Of a DNA stretch of 32,090 nucleotides, positions 1 through 9,909 are shown piece by piece. The stretch lies in assembly GCA_029856435.1 (NCBI GenBank), contig JAHQXB010000080.1, positions 1 through 32,090 on the forward strand, given 5' to 3'. This DNA comes from Candidatus Jordarchaeia archaeon. Lineage in GTDB: Archaea; Asgardarchaeota; Jordiarchaeia; Jordiarchaeales; Jordiarchaeaceae. The notes beneath the pieces are model-generated. The model did no database searches. It was not told the DNA's origin and saw only the letters and a program-made list of their open reading frames with translations. The position numbers and the translations under genes are program-made. Position 1 is the stretch's first letter; each line of letters opens with the position of its first letter.

Positions 1-226
1 CGTTTTCCTCCAATTTTTAAGAACTACTTTAGAATATAAATTGTTCCCTATTCAAAAAGGTTGATGTGTTTGGCTCAAAAGCACCCACAGATGCAAAAAA
101 AGGGGTTCACTGTTATAAGGGGGTTTGGGGCGCTGTCGATACGTTTCATCATATCCTTGGCGTACTGGAAGTACATTTTACCTAAAGACAAAATAAAAAT
201 TGAGACACCTTCGGCTTATGAGTGGT

Positions 227-484
227 TTAGAGTGGTTTTATTTTAAGGATTCTGGATCTTAAGAAGCAGCGTTCCTCGCCCTTCAACCCGCAGAAAGCAA
301 ATATGCGTCTTCCCCTCTTCTCACGGACAACAAGAACGCGCTCAGTAACCTCACCCACCCCATCCCTGTAGAGCACCTCGTAACGGCAACCAACCTTAAC
401 AATGATTCTCGGAACATGAGCCGCTGCTCGCCCATCCTGCTGATCGCTTAATGGCGGCCTTTCTCCTTTGAGGGTCAATTCCAC
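227..484 (-). CDS. Small WYL-like (Sm/SH3-type barrel) domain ORF or fragment; start uncertain
   Basis: C-terminal ~55 aa YEVLYRDGVGEVTERVL...IFAFCGLKGEERCFLRSRI matches the WYL pattern Y..x.G..T.R......A.C.LR...R.F...RI. N-terminal part overlaps the amidohydrolase remnant and looks non-coding. Confidence 0.45.
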   Translation of the reverse strand: MELTLKGERPPLSDQQDGRAAAHVPRIIVKVGCRYEVLYRDGVGEVTERVLVVREKRGRRIFAFCGLKGEERCFLRSRILKIKPL

Positions 485-767
485 AAAGGCTAATGAAGCT
501 ATCGGGATACTTTTCTATTTCTGCCACGTAGTTGTTGTAGTCCTTGAAGGAAACGTCGCCCTTGTAGGCGAATTTGTAGCCCACAGCTACTATTACTGCT
601 CTGTCTATTCCCGCTTCGTCCATTTCTCTAATTAGCCTCTTAGAGGTTTCCTCCATCATGATTTTTGGGTTCAGGCCGAAACGTTTGGAAACCTCGATAA
701 GAATTTGTTTAAGTTCGGGGGACATGGGTTTTTCTTCCCAAACGTGGCAGTGCACATCAATAATCAA
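396..767 (-). pseudogene. Truncated amidohydrolase family 2 (TIM-barrel metallohydrolase) gene
   Basis: TTG at 767 gives IIDVHCHVW (DxHxH metal motif), then EMDEAGIDRAVIVA, NNYVAEI..YPDSFISLCGIDP. Family similarity ends near 440 and only ~110 aa of a normally ~280 aa protein remain. Confidence 0.7.
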
Positions 768-1196
768 ATTTTGCCAGCTCCTTCCATTATTGTCCATTTT
801 CAATTTTTTGAATCATACCCCTTTCACCAGTTTTCCCGACTATTCCTTTTCCCTAAAGAGGCTTTGTTGAATAATTTTAATTTTTCCAAAAAATTGGTTG
901 TTTTTTGAAATTTTTTCAAATTAACAATGTAAAATTGCAAAAAATTAAAAGGGTAAGGAAATTGAAAAAATAAAACTTTTTCAACAGAGCCAAAGGAGGA
1001 CGGGGGGTGAAAAGCTCCTTTTTTTGGACGCGTTTTGCCAAAAAAATAATCTTAACTCTTACTGGTGGAAGTGTTGATTAGAGGAAAAGGTTTGGTGGGG
1101 AAATATTTGCAGGCACCAAAAAACATATCTATATACTGTATATATTTTTATTTAAAGCACATTCACACCTGAATATTGGGATTTTGTGAGGGGAAA

Positions 1197-1559
1197 ATGT
1201 CTGAAAACGCAAATTTCATTAACAATCTGAAGAGAGAGTTGGCACCAATCTATGGGACCAGCAAAAAAGGCTTAGCCATCATATCAAAGATGGGTGAAAT
1301 ATTATACTCAGACATGGCAAGCGAAACCGAACAGAAAATACTCCGCTTCAAGCAAAGCTTCCAAGGCTTAACCCAAGGGTCAAACATTACCCTAGTAAAA
1401 GGCAAAGAAGCCACAATAATCATTTGCACCTCAGAAGAAACACTATTGGCCGTGGAAACCAAGCAACACGTAGGCTTCGCCCTCCTCTACCTCCACAACC
1501 TCATAAAAAAATACGAAGCCGAATTCAAAAAATACACAAAGAAAACACCACCAGCCTAA
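1197..1559 (+). CDS. Roadblock/LC7 (MglB)-like small alpha/beta protein
   Basis: 120 aa from ATG 1197 (GAGGGG upstream). LAIISKMGEILYS resembles the Roadblock beta-hairpin AIVSxDGxxIAS. Three short strands are followed by HVGFALLYL, resembling the NLGLIxxxM C-terminal helix. Confidence 0.55.
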   Translation: MSENANFINNLKRELAPIYGTSKKGLAIISKMGEILYSDMASETEQKILRFKQSFQGLTQGSNITLVKGKEATIIICTSEETLLAVETKQHVGFALLYLHNLIKKYEAEFKKYTKKTPPA

Positions 1560-1626
1560 AAAGGATAAGCCCGAAACGAAAAACACTAAAACAAAAAAAG
1601 GAGAAAAAGGAAGAAGTGTTCACACC

Positions 1627-3399
1627 TTACGCTTCTTCTGCCACTTTAGCTTTAGGTTTTACTTCTGCTTCTTCTTCCACCTTGGGCATTTCTACGCCTT
1701 CAAGCCAGATGGCGTTAATCATAGCCAGGTCTGGGGGAACAAGGTTGGCTTCCCGATCTACTATAACATCTATTACCGCTGGCTTATTGGATTTAACTGC
1801 GCGTTCCAAGGCCGGTCTAATCTGGCTGGGTTCAGTCACCCGTTCACCAAAACAGCCCATAGCCTGAGCCACAAGGTCGTATCTTACGTCGGTGAAGTCT
1901 ACACCCAAATATCTTTCTCCGAAGTTGAGCTTCTGTCCACCCTTAATCATTCCCCACTGCCTATCATTGTTTATAATTACTACTATGGGGACTTCAAGTC
2001 TGGCTGCTGTCTCCAGCTCCTGTATGTTTAACATGAAGCTTCCATCCCCACATACAGCATATACTGGTCTCTTGGGTTCCACGAGTTTCGCAGCGATGGC
2101 GTATGGCAGTCCTACTCCCAGGTGGCCGGAGTCTGCTGCTTGGAGGAATGTTCCCGGCTCATATATGAGATTCATGTAGGTGTACCAGAGTGCGGTGTTT
2201 CCCCCATCAACTATGCTTATGGCGTTTTTGGGAAAGAACTCTCTCACCTCCTTCATTAGCCGCATGGGGTGGATGGGTTTAACATCCGATTCTGCCAACT
2301 CTTTATAGCCTGCTCTCTGCATCTCCTGAGCCTGTCTGCAGGCTTGGATTCCCGGGTTGGGTGCCCTCTTGTTAGTCATTTTTTTGACTTCTTCAATGAG
2401 CAACCTTAGGGTGGCTTTAGCATCCCCCACTATGGCAACATCCACGTCACGGTTCACACCAATCATTTGGGGATCGATATCTATCTGTATGAATTTTTGT
2501 TCCTCAGGGGGTTTCCAGGCGGGGGGTTGACCCCAAAAATCATAGTCACACAGGCTGCTTCCCACAACAAGTACCACGTCTGCCTGGGACTGAGCGGTGA
2601 GAGCTCCATAGGTGGCAGCCGCAAAGTATAAGGGGTGATCGTTGGGCATAGCGTCCCTGGCGCACACTGTTCCCGTGACTGCTGCTCCCAAGTGTTCTGC
2701 CAGCTCCTGTATTTCTTTGCTGGCCTTTGACCTCATAACTCCTCCTCCGGGGTGGATTAGGGGAAACTTGGCTTCCACAAGCATTTTTGCCGCCTTTTTT
2801 ATTAGTTCTGGGTTTCCCACCGGAGGTGCTGTGGCGCGGTACCTTTCTGCGGGCACTACACGTACACTTTCTTCCGGACCCATTGCCGCTAGAACGTCTA
2901 CTGGAACGTCTAAGTGTACTGGTGCCGGTGCGCCTGAGACTGCTACTCGGAATGCTTGCCTTACCAGTTCCGGTATCCTCTTCCAGTGGGAAATGACTGC
3001 GTTCCACTTCACTACACCCTTGAATAGTTCAAGCTGGTCGCATCCCTGCGTAGACCCATGGTCTGGATATGATTTCCAGGTCTGGTTTTGCACTGTCAAA
3101 ACCACCATGGGTATATTGTCTGCGTATGCTGGGTATACTCCTGGCACTAGGTCGACTGCTCCTGGGCCTACTGTTCCTAGGCATACTCCGGGGATGCCTG
3201 TGAGGCGGGCGTAGGCGTCTGCCATGTGTGCTGCGGCTTGTTCGTGTCTGGTTCCAATGTATTTTATTCCCAGGTTTTCTCCTTCACGGTATATGGCGTC
3301 TATGAAGGGTAACCATTGGCCCCCCACGACTCCAAATATGTATTTCACTTTTTCTTGGGCGATACATCTTAGAAGTAGTTCGCCTCCAGAAATATTCAA
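1627..3399 (-). CDS. Thiamine-diphosphate-dependent enzyme (acetolactate synthase large subunit / 2-hydroxyacyl-CoA lyase superfamily), paralogue 1
   Basis: TRHEQAAAHMADAYAR (catalytic Glu), GPG, GHLGVGLPYAIAAK and ThDP motif GDGSF...NND. Start probably TTG 3399 after GGAGGTG; ORF track start is 3408. Confidence 0.92.
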   Translation of the reverse strand: MNISGGELLLRCIAQEKVKYIFGVVGGQWLPFIDAIYREGENLGIKYIGTRHEQAAAHMADAYARLTGIPGVCLGTVGPGAVDLVPGVYPAYADNIPMVVLTVQNQTWKSYPDHGSTQGCDQLELFKGVVKWNAVISHWKRIPELVRQAFRVAVSGAPAPVHLDVPVDVLAAMGPEESVRVVPAERYRATAPPVGNPELIKKAAKMLVEAKFPLIHPGGGVMRSKASKEIQELAEHLGAAVTGTVCARDAMPNDHPLYFAAATYGALTAQSQADVVLVVGSSLCDYDFWGQPPAWKPPEEQKFIQIDIDPQMIGVNRDVDVAIVGDAKATLRLLIEEVKKMTNKRAPNPGIQACRQAQEMQRAGYKELAESDVKPIHPMRLMKEVREFFPKNAISIVDGGNTALWYTYMNLIYEPGTFLQAADSGHLGVGLPYAIAAKLVEPKRPVYAVCGDGSFMLNIQELETAARLEVPIVVIINNDRQWGMIKGGQKLNFGERYLGVDFTDVRYDLVAQAMGCFGERVTEPSQIRPALERAVKSNKPAVIDVIVDREANLVPPDLAMINAIWLEGVEMPKVEEEAEVKPKAKVAEEA

Positions 3400-4109
3400 A
3401 ATATTCACACCTCCCAGAAATATGGGTTTTTCTCAAACGGTATTAGTTCGTAATTTTATTGTTTTTTTGATTTATTATTCTTTTTGGGTTTCCCTCTATT
3501 TTTGTTGTTAAATCTAATCCGTCGAAAACTTGTTTTTCGCCACATTTCCTTGGGTTCTTCCTTCATAGTTTAATTGTGAGTCTAGGTTTGTTGGGGGAAA
3601 GAGCTGTTGGTTGATTTCTTGGAAAGCCCAGTTGTAAACGCTTCACCGGGGGGTGGCTTTAGGGACTGAGCGTAAAAAGTTTTTAGTGCATTTGGATTCG
3701 GAGCACCTTTAGACAGGGGTAGTCCCTCAAATTAAATGGTTGGGTTTCAATGGGGAGGTACCCTAAGGGTAACAATTTTGAAAAGTTTTTTGTCATCTGG
3801 TGTTCCCCGGCATGAAATGGTTAATGAATTCTTCTTTCCAAAAAAGCGTTTTTGTCTTCTTTTTCACGGAGAGCAATATAACTATAACTAACGATAAAAA
3901 ACTTATTTCTCACGGGGGCTTCTTCTGGCGAAAATCACGTTAGAAAGCCAGTGCCAAAAGCATTCATCTGGGTGGTTCACGCCAAAAACTTTTTTGTGCC
4001 CTTTTATTGGGTTCTGCTCCCCATTTTCGATTCTTGATTCTTTCGTTGCTCCGGATTTCTTCTATTTCTATTGAGTCAACCTAACCACTTATAACAGGTG
4101 GATACTCTG

Positions 4110-4245
4110 ATGTATGCCTATAACTTCGGTTTAAGTGTGAAATGAGTTGCTGGTTATCTGGTTTTTGCTGTTGGCGCTCGGTGCTTCTTTGTTGGGACTC
4201 ATCGGACTTACTGGTACAAAAGTGCTTCATCCTAAGCCTGAATGA
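4110..4245 (+). pseudogene. Possible frameshifted ~44 aa single-TM peptide (MYAYNFGLSV/NELLVIWFLLLALGASLLGLIGLTGTKVLHPKPE)
   Basis: AGGTGG lies ~8 nt before ATG 4110, whose frame stops at 4143-4145. Removing one A from gtgaaatgag joins it to a frame (4144-4245) encoding a clean hydrophobic helix. Confidence 0.3.
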
Positions 4246-4404
4246 TAGGGTACTTTTCTAGTTGCAGAGTATAGATGTGGTCGTGTTCATGTAACATAAT
4301 CGCCTTTTCTTCTGATTCTTTAAGTACATTAATAAACCTTTGTTGCAATTTAAGGAATTAAAACTAAAAGTGTTTTTTGAAAAGTTTGGTTGGGTGATTG
4401 ATTG

Positions 4405-5199
4405 ATGGAAAAAAGGTTGGAAGGTAGAGTTGCTCTGGTTACTGGGGCTGCCTCGGGAATTGGGCGGGCCATTGTTCTGCGGTTTGCGAGGGAAGGAGCG
4501 AAGGTTTCTGTGGTTGACATTAATATTGAAGGAGCGAGAAAAGTAGTTGAGGAAATTAAAGAATTTGGTGGAGAGGCTATTGCTGTTCAGTGTGATGTGA
4601 GTGACGAGGAGCAGGTGAAAAGGGCTGTTGCGGAGACTGAGCAAAGACTGGGAAGGATTGGAATTCTGGTAAACAACGCTGGAATCGGGGATGCGGGCCT
4701 AGTTCAGGATATGACCACGGAGCAGTGGCACAGAATGTTTAGGGTAACTGTTGACGGAGCATTTTACTTTACAAGAGCAGTTCTTAAATCCATGCAGAGC
4801 GGCGACCGAATCATTAACGTGTCCTCAAATGCGGCAGTTACGGGCATGGCGGCCGGCTCCCACTACGCTGCGGCAAAATCGGCAATAGTGGGATTCACCA
4901 AGTCGCTGGCGATAGAGATAGGATACAGAGGAATCACCGCAAACGTAATCGCTCCAGGATTCATAGATACACCTATATTGGCACCCTTCATAGCAGTTGC
5001 ACCCGAATTCTATAAGGAGATGCCTGTCCGCAGGCTGGGAAAACCAGAAGAAATCGCCGAAGTTGTGGCTCTACTGGCCTCACCACAAGCAAGCTTCATA
5101 ACGGGACAAGTATTCCTTGTAGATGGAGGAAGCACTCTTTTCAACTTGGTTCACCAGGCACCCTACAGAGCACTGGGACTCCACACCCTAGGAGTCTAA
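4405..5199 (+). CDS. Classical SDR, FabG/3-oxoacyl reductase-like
   Basis: [12 protein letters not shown], catalytic S and [22 protein letters not shown]. Confidence 0.93.
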   Translation: MEKRLEGRVALVTGAASGIGRAIVLRFAREGAKVSVVDINIEGARKVVEEIKEFGGEAIAVQCDVSDEEQVKRAVAETEQRLGRIGILVNNAGIGDAGLVQDMTTEQWHRMFRVTVDGAFYFTRAVLKSMQSGDRIINVSSNAAVTGMAAGSHYAAAKSAIVGFTKSLAIEIGYRGITANVIAPGFIDTPILAPFIAVAPEFYKEMPVRRLGKPEEIAEVVALLASPQASFITGQVFLVDGGSTLFNLVHQAPYRALGLHTLGV

Positions 5200-5511
5200 A
5201 AATAAAAACTCGAAACGAAAGTTATGCAAGCGATGAAGCTCACAATTAGCAAGTTTTTCTCCCCCCTTCTCTTTCTCTTTCCAAAAATTTTTTGGCTTCT
5301 CTCCCCTTTTTTGGGTCTAGTCACCACAGCTCCATTGGGCTTATTTAGTTGTCTCGTATTTTCCCGTCTTTTTTTGGGCATTATTGGCTTTTGTTGTGAA
5401 AAAAATTTTTCAATATGTTTGGAGCACTTTTATGTGCATGCCTTTATAGGGCTTACCCTTTAAACAAAGTTTGTGATGAGTTGTACTTATGAGTTGTTTG
5501 GTGGTATTTTT

Positions 5512-6168
5512 ATGAAGTGTGCTTACTGTAGTGTTTTGGCTTGTGTTTTTGGCGGTGGAGAAAGGCTGCCTGCCGACTGTCCCATGAGTACTAGCAGTGA
5601 TGTTATGGTGAAGGCTAAGGAGCTTTATGAGGGGGATGTTGAGGTTAGAGAGCTGGCGAGGCAGTCAAGTATTGTGGAGGCAACGGGATATATGGAGTGG
5701 CCCCGGTTGAGGGACACCGTGGAGTTTGCCAAGAGAATGAAGTACAAGAAGTTGGGTGTGGCATTCTGCATAGGTTTGCATCGGGAGGCTGGTGCTGTGT
5801 GCCAGGTTTTGGAAGGGTTTGGGTTCGAGGTAGTTTCTGTATGCTGCAAAACTGGAGCCTTGTGGAAAAGGGATTTGGGCCTTCCCGAGGAATACATTGG
5901 GTACTCAAAGACGGGTTACCTTATTGGTGAAATTTCCTGCAATCCGGTGGCGCAGGCCTTGTACCTTAATGAGCAGAAGACTGAAATGAATGTGCTTGTG
6001 GGACTCTGCGTGGGCCACGATGTTCTGTTCACCAAGTTTTCAAAAGCAGGGGTAACCACCCTGATAGCGAAGGATCGTCCACTGGCACACAACCCCGCTG
6101 GAGCAATCAACACCTATTATTACAGCATGTATTTTGGTGAGTTGCAAAAGAGGATGAGTCAGAAATAG
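5512..6168 (+). CDS. DUF1847-family Cys-rich (putative metal-binding) protein
   Basis: MKCAYCxxxxC, RLRDTVEFAKRMKYKKLGVAFCIGL, SVCCKTG, CNPVAQA, GLCVGHD, KDRPLAHNP are characteristic blocks. Start ATG 5512. Confidence 0.85.
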   Translation: MKCAYCSVLACVFGGGERLPADCPMSTSSDVMVKAKELYEGDVEVRELARQSSIVEATGYMEWPRLRDTVEFAKRMKYKKLGVAFCIGLHREAGAVCQVLEGFGFEVVSVCCKTGALWKRDLGLPEEYIGYSKTGYLIGEISCNPVAQALYLNEQKTEMNVLVGLCVGHDVLFTKFSKAGVTTLIAKDRPLAHNPAGAINTYYYSMYFGELQKRMSQK

Positions 6169-6263
6169 TTAAGAAAAGTTTTCCTCCATATTCCCCTTCC
6201 CTTTTTTTGGTCGGTGGAAGAGTATCTGTTGGAAAAAGAGGGGGTTGGAATGTTTGGTGGTGT

Positions 6264-8258
6264 TTAGGCTACTTCTCTGACGTCTTCTCCTAGTTTTGCT
6301 GCTTCTTCTGATTTTTCCTCGATTTTGGGCACTTGACAGCCTTCAAGCCACATTGAGTAAATGAAGTCCAGACCGGGTGGTGTGAGGGTTGCTTCCCTGT
6401 CGATTATTATGTCTAGTACTGCGGGTTTGTTTGATTTCACCGCCCTTTGGAGGGCGGGTCTGATTTCTCGGGGGTCTTCCACTCTTTCTCCATAGCACCC
6501 CATAGCTTTCGCGACTTGGTCATATCTTACGTCGATGAAGTCAACACCTATGAACCGTTCTCCAAAGTTTAGTTTTTGTACAGTCTTAATCATTCCCCAC
6601 TGACGGTCATTCATAATGATTACTACAAACGGCAACCCCAGTCTGGCTGCGGTTTCCAGTTCCTGTATGTTGAACATGAAGGCCCCGTCCCCACATATGG
6701 CGAAAACTGGTCTTTGGGGCTCGGCTAGTTTTGCTCCTATTGCGTATGGTAGTCCCACTCCAAGGTGCCCTGAATCTAAGGCTTGGAGGTGGGTTCCAGG
6801 CTCATATACTCGGTGTGCGAAAGTGTACCACATTACAGCGTTTCCACCGTCCAAGATGCTTATTGCGTTTTTGGGGAAGAAGTCTCTTACCTCTTTCGCA
6901 ACCCTCAAGGGGTGGATGGGTTTAATGTCTGACTCCATTAATTCCTTTAATCCTTGCTTCCCCATTTCTGCGACTTGTCTAAGTGCTTCAATTGCGGGGT
7001 TGGGTGCTTTTTTGTCGGTCAGCTTTTTTACCTCGTCTATTATTGCCCTCAGAGTAGATTTAGCGTCCCCCACAATGGCTAAATCCACATCTCTATTCAC
7101 TCCAATCATTTCGGGGTCCACATCTATCTGTATGAATTTTTGTTCTTCGGGACTCTTCCATCCCGGTGGTTGGCCCCAGAAATCGTAAACATTAAGAGTG
7201 CTTCCCACCACCAGCACCGTGTCCGCTTGGGTTTTGGCTGCCACGCCCCCATAATTTCCCGAGGCAAAATAGAATGGGTGTTCATCAGAGAGTACGTCTC
7301 GCGCAAAAGCTGTACCAGTCACTACTGCTCCAAGGTACTCGGCTAGTTCTGCCACTTCTTGGCTGGCCCTTGATCTGAGCACTCCTCCTCCACAGTGGAT
7401 TAAGGGAAATTTTGCTTCCACCAACATTTTTGCGGCTATCTTTACCAGTTCAGGATCTCCCGTGGCGGGCCTTGTGGCCCGGTATCTTTCTGCGGGAACG
7501 ATGCGAACATTTTCTATGGATCCCACTTCAAACAGTATGTTTACTGGGATGTCTAGGTGAACGGGCCCTGGTTGACCTGCTGTTGCGGTGCGGAATGCTT
7601 GTTGTACCATTTGTGGTATTCTTTTCCAGTGGGAAATCATGGCGTTCCACTTCACCACACCCTTAAATAGGCTAAGTTGATCGCATCCCTGACTGGAACC
7701 GTAGTCTGGGTAGGATTTCCAAGTTTGGTTTTGCACTGTCAAAACTACCAGGGGTATGCTGTCTGCATATGCTGGGTACACTCCGGGAATTAGGTCTGCG
7801 GCTCCCGGGCCTACTGTTCCTAGGCATACTCCGGGTTTGCCTGTGAGGCGGGCGTAGGCGTCTGCCATGTGTGCTGCGGCTTGTTCGTGCCGGGTTCCAA
7901 TATATTTTATTCCTAGGTTTTCGCCTTCCCGGTATAGGGCGTCCATAAAGGTTACCCATTGTCCTCCAACCACTCCAAAAATGTAGGGCACCTTTTCTTG
8001 GGCTAGGCAGTATAAGAGGAGTTCTCCTCCGGACCATTCCCGTCTTTCTGACAGTTCCGGGTATTTTGGTTTTTCGGCTTCTAGCTCCGTTTCAGGCTGT
8101 TCAGCTTCGATTTTTTTAACGGAAACCCGCTCTATCACTTTTTTCTCAACTATTTTCTTTTCTTCTCTCTCAACTATTTTTTGTTCTTTTGCATCTTCCG
8201 TTCTTTTTAGGGTCATTTTTGTCCTCCCAAAAACTTTAGTTAAGGATTGTTGTTTCAA
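6264..8258 (-). CDS. ThDP-dependent enzyme paralogue 2 with a ~70 aa charged N-terminal extension
   Basis: Same motifs as 1627-3399 with long identical stretches (YIGTRHEQAAAHMADAYARLTG, LTVQNQTWKSYPD). Extension contains repeated KIVE. TTAAATA TATA-like element lies ~20-25 nt upstream of TTG 8258. Confidence 0.92.
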   Translation of the reverse strand: MKQQSLTKVFGRTKMTLKRTEDAKEQKIVEREEKKIVEKKVIERVSVKKIEAEQPETELEAEKPKYPELSERREWSGGELLLYCLAQEKVPYIFGVVGGQWVTFMDALYREGENLGIKYIGTRHEQAAAHMADAYARLTGKPGVCLGTVGPGAADLIPGVYPAYADSIPLVVLTVQNQTWKSYPDYGSSQGCDQLSLFKGVVKWNAMISHWKRIPQMVQQAFRTATAGQPGPVHLDIPVNILFEVGSIENVRIVPAERYRATRPATGDPELVKIAAKMLVEAKFPLIHCGGGVLRSRASQEVAELAEYLGAVVTGTAFARDVLSDEHPFYFASGNYGGVAAKTQADTVLVVGSTLNVYDFWGQPPGWKSPEEQKFIQIDVDPEMIGVNRDVDLAIVGDAKSTLRAIIDEVKKLTDKKAPNPAIEALRQVAEMGKQGLKELMESDIKPIHPLRVAKEVRDFFPKNAISILDGGNAVMWYTFAHRVYEPGTHLQALDSGHLGVGLPYAIGAKLAEPQRPVFAICGDGAFMFNIQELETAARLGLPFVVIIMNDRQWGMIKTVQKLNFGERFIGVDFIDVRYDQVAKAMGCYGERVEDPREIRPALQRAVKSNKPAVLDIIIDREATLTPPGLDFIYSMWLEGCQVPKIEEKSEEAAKLGEDVREVA

Positions 8259-8382
8259 GCTTGTTTGTATAACTATTTAAGATTTTACTTATCAATAATT
8301 GGAATGGTGGTCGAAAAATGTGTGTTCTCACTAAATTAGACTGCCTTCTGGTTTAGTTAAAGGGTAATGGAGAAGGAGGGGC

Positions 8383-9477
8383 TTAATAGTGTCTGAAGGC
8401 TATTTTTGTGGATTTATGTTTTTTCTTGTCCAGTTGGGCTTCGAAGGCCTGTTTCCATTCTTCAAGCTTGAAGGTTTTTGTGAGTAGAAGCTGGTTCTTG
8501 ACTTTTCCCTTCTCCTGCAGCTCTAAAGCTATGCTGAATGGGGTTCTGGCAACTTGTTCTAGGGGGTAGCCGTTGACGCCATATAGTTTGAGTTCTTTGA
8601 CGCTGAACATGAGGAAATCTATGGATGCTTCTCTCATCAATCCCACAAATATGATTTCTCCCCGTGGCTTTGTTATGTTAATTGCGTCCTGCAGTGTTTG
8701 TGCACTTCCCACTCCGTCGTAGGTCTGGTCTACTCCCTTGCCTGTTGCCATGATTATCTCTGTGGAGGGTGTTTCACCCTTTTCCAAGCAGTAAACGTGG
8801 TCTGCTCCCAGCTGCTCAGCCAGTTTTGCTTGATACTCAAACTCGGTTGCCACAAAGGTTTCCAGCGCCCCCATTACCCTACAGGCTTGAAGGATCTGTA
8901 AACCGATGGCACCCGCACCAATTATGGCGACTTTTTTGCCGACTGGGTTTCCCACGAAACAGGAGTGGATTCCGACTGCTAGTGGTTCGGTGAGAACTGC
9001 ACTCTCATCGGAAACATTGTTGGGAATTTTGTAAATTCGGGATTTGTGTGCTAAGAAATACTCTGCAAAGCCTCCCCCGTTCACCTTATTGTATCCCAAT
9101 CCTCCGCCCAGCAGAGCCTGATTATAGCAGAGACTGTAGCGACCCAGCTTACACATATCGCAGGGCTCCAAACCTAACTCGGCACACCCCGCAGCTCCAT
9201 CCACAACCACCCTGTCTCCCACATTTAAACTCTCCACGCCTTCACCAATCTCGCTTATGACCCCCACTACTTCGTGGCCGAAGATGAGGGGTTTGGGCAT
9301 AAAATCAGCCAGCGCCATCTTACCAGTAATAATTCCCATGTCAGAGCCACATATGCCACACAGTTTTGTTTTAATCAGCACCCAGTCCTTTTTGGGAACA
9401 GGCTTCTCGACATCTTCCAAATAGAAACCTTGGGGGTAGGGTTTACCGTCCCATAGAAGAGCCCTCAAACATTCCAC
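8383..9477 (-). CDS. Zn-dependent medium-chain alcohol dehydrogenase (MDR)
   Basis: GICGSD and GHE (catalytic Zn), GC..(7)..CDMC......LC (structural Zn), GAGAIG Rossmann motif. Confidence 0.93.
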   Translation of the reverse strand: MECLRALLWDGKPYPQGFYLEDVEKPVPKKDWVLIKTKLCGICGSDMGIITGKMALADFMPKPLIFGHEVVGVISEIGEGVESLNVGDRVVVDGAAGCAELGLEPCDMCKLGRYSLCYNQALLGGGLGYNKVNGGGFAEYFLAHKSRIYKIPNNVSDESAVLTEPLAVGIHSCFVGNPVGKKVAIIGAGAIGLQILQACRVMGALETFVATEFEYQAKLAEQLGADHVYCLEKGETPSTEIIMATGKGVDQTYDGVGSAQTLQDAINITKPRGEIIFVGLMREASIDFLMFSVKELKLYGVNGYPLEQVARTPFSIALELQEKGKVKNQLLLTKTFKLEEWKQAFEAQLDKKKHKSTKIAFRHY

Positions 9478-9515
9478 CTTCCTAATAGTCGACTAAAATG
9501 GCACTGATACAACTA

Positions 9516-9530
9516 TTATAAATACCTTTT
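9516..9530 (-). promoter_or_regulatory. BRE/TATA promoter of the MDR gene
   Basis: Minus strand reads AAAAGGTATTTATAA, ~40 nt upstream of GTG 9477. Confidence 0.5.
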
Positions 9531-9685
9531 TCACAAGACTAAAGAAAAAACTATGAAACCAATCACACTGAGCAGAATCTAATAGTTAAAAAATTGGAAA
9601 AATAGAATGGGAAAAATTCGAATGTGTAATGTTGATGTTTATCTTAATTTTTGGGGAACCTCGCCTTATGTATGTAGCTTCTCTT

Positions 9686-9787
9686 CTATGCGTAATCGCT
9701 TTTTCCTCTCAAAAAAAGGAGGCTTAACAGGGCTTCCTTCCAAATAATCCTAAAAAAAGGAGTAAGAATGGCTAACCCTGCACACAT
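9686..9787. mobile_element. Eroded copy of the ~107-bp MITE family
   Basis: atgcgtaatcgct..cctctcaaaaaaaggaggcttaacagggcttccttc..ctgcac aligns with atgtagaatcgtt..cctcaaaaaggagtgtttatagggcttccttc..ctgcatc of the 21971/23227 copies. No TSD, ends degraded. Confidence 0.45.
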
Positions 9788-9909
9788 ACCATGTCAACAA
9801 ACCACATACTTACGACAAGGCCCCAATTTTTGGCTGAGAAACACAAAAATCGGTGGGGAACATTTTTCTGTTTTTTGGTTGGGGTGTAGTGTAATTATAG
9901 CGTATGGGA

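Noticed and set aside
3668-4000. Similar motifs cgtaaaaagtttttagtgc (3671) and cgccaaaaacttttttgtgc (3980) as IS ends
   Set aside because: The match is short and A/T-run dominated, with no TSD or transposase remnant.
4135-4146. In-frame TGA as a selenocysteine codon
   Set aside because: The frame has another stop (TAA) just upstream, there is no Cys-homologous context, and no SECIS is evident.
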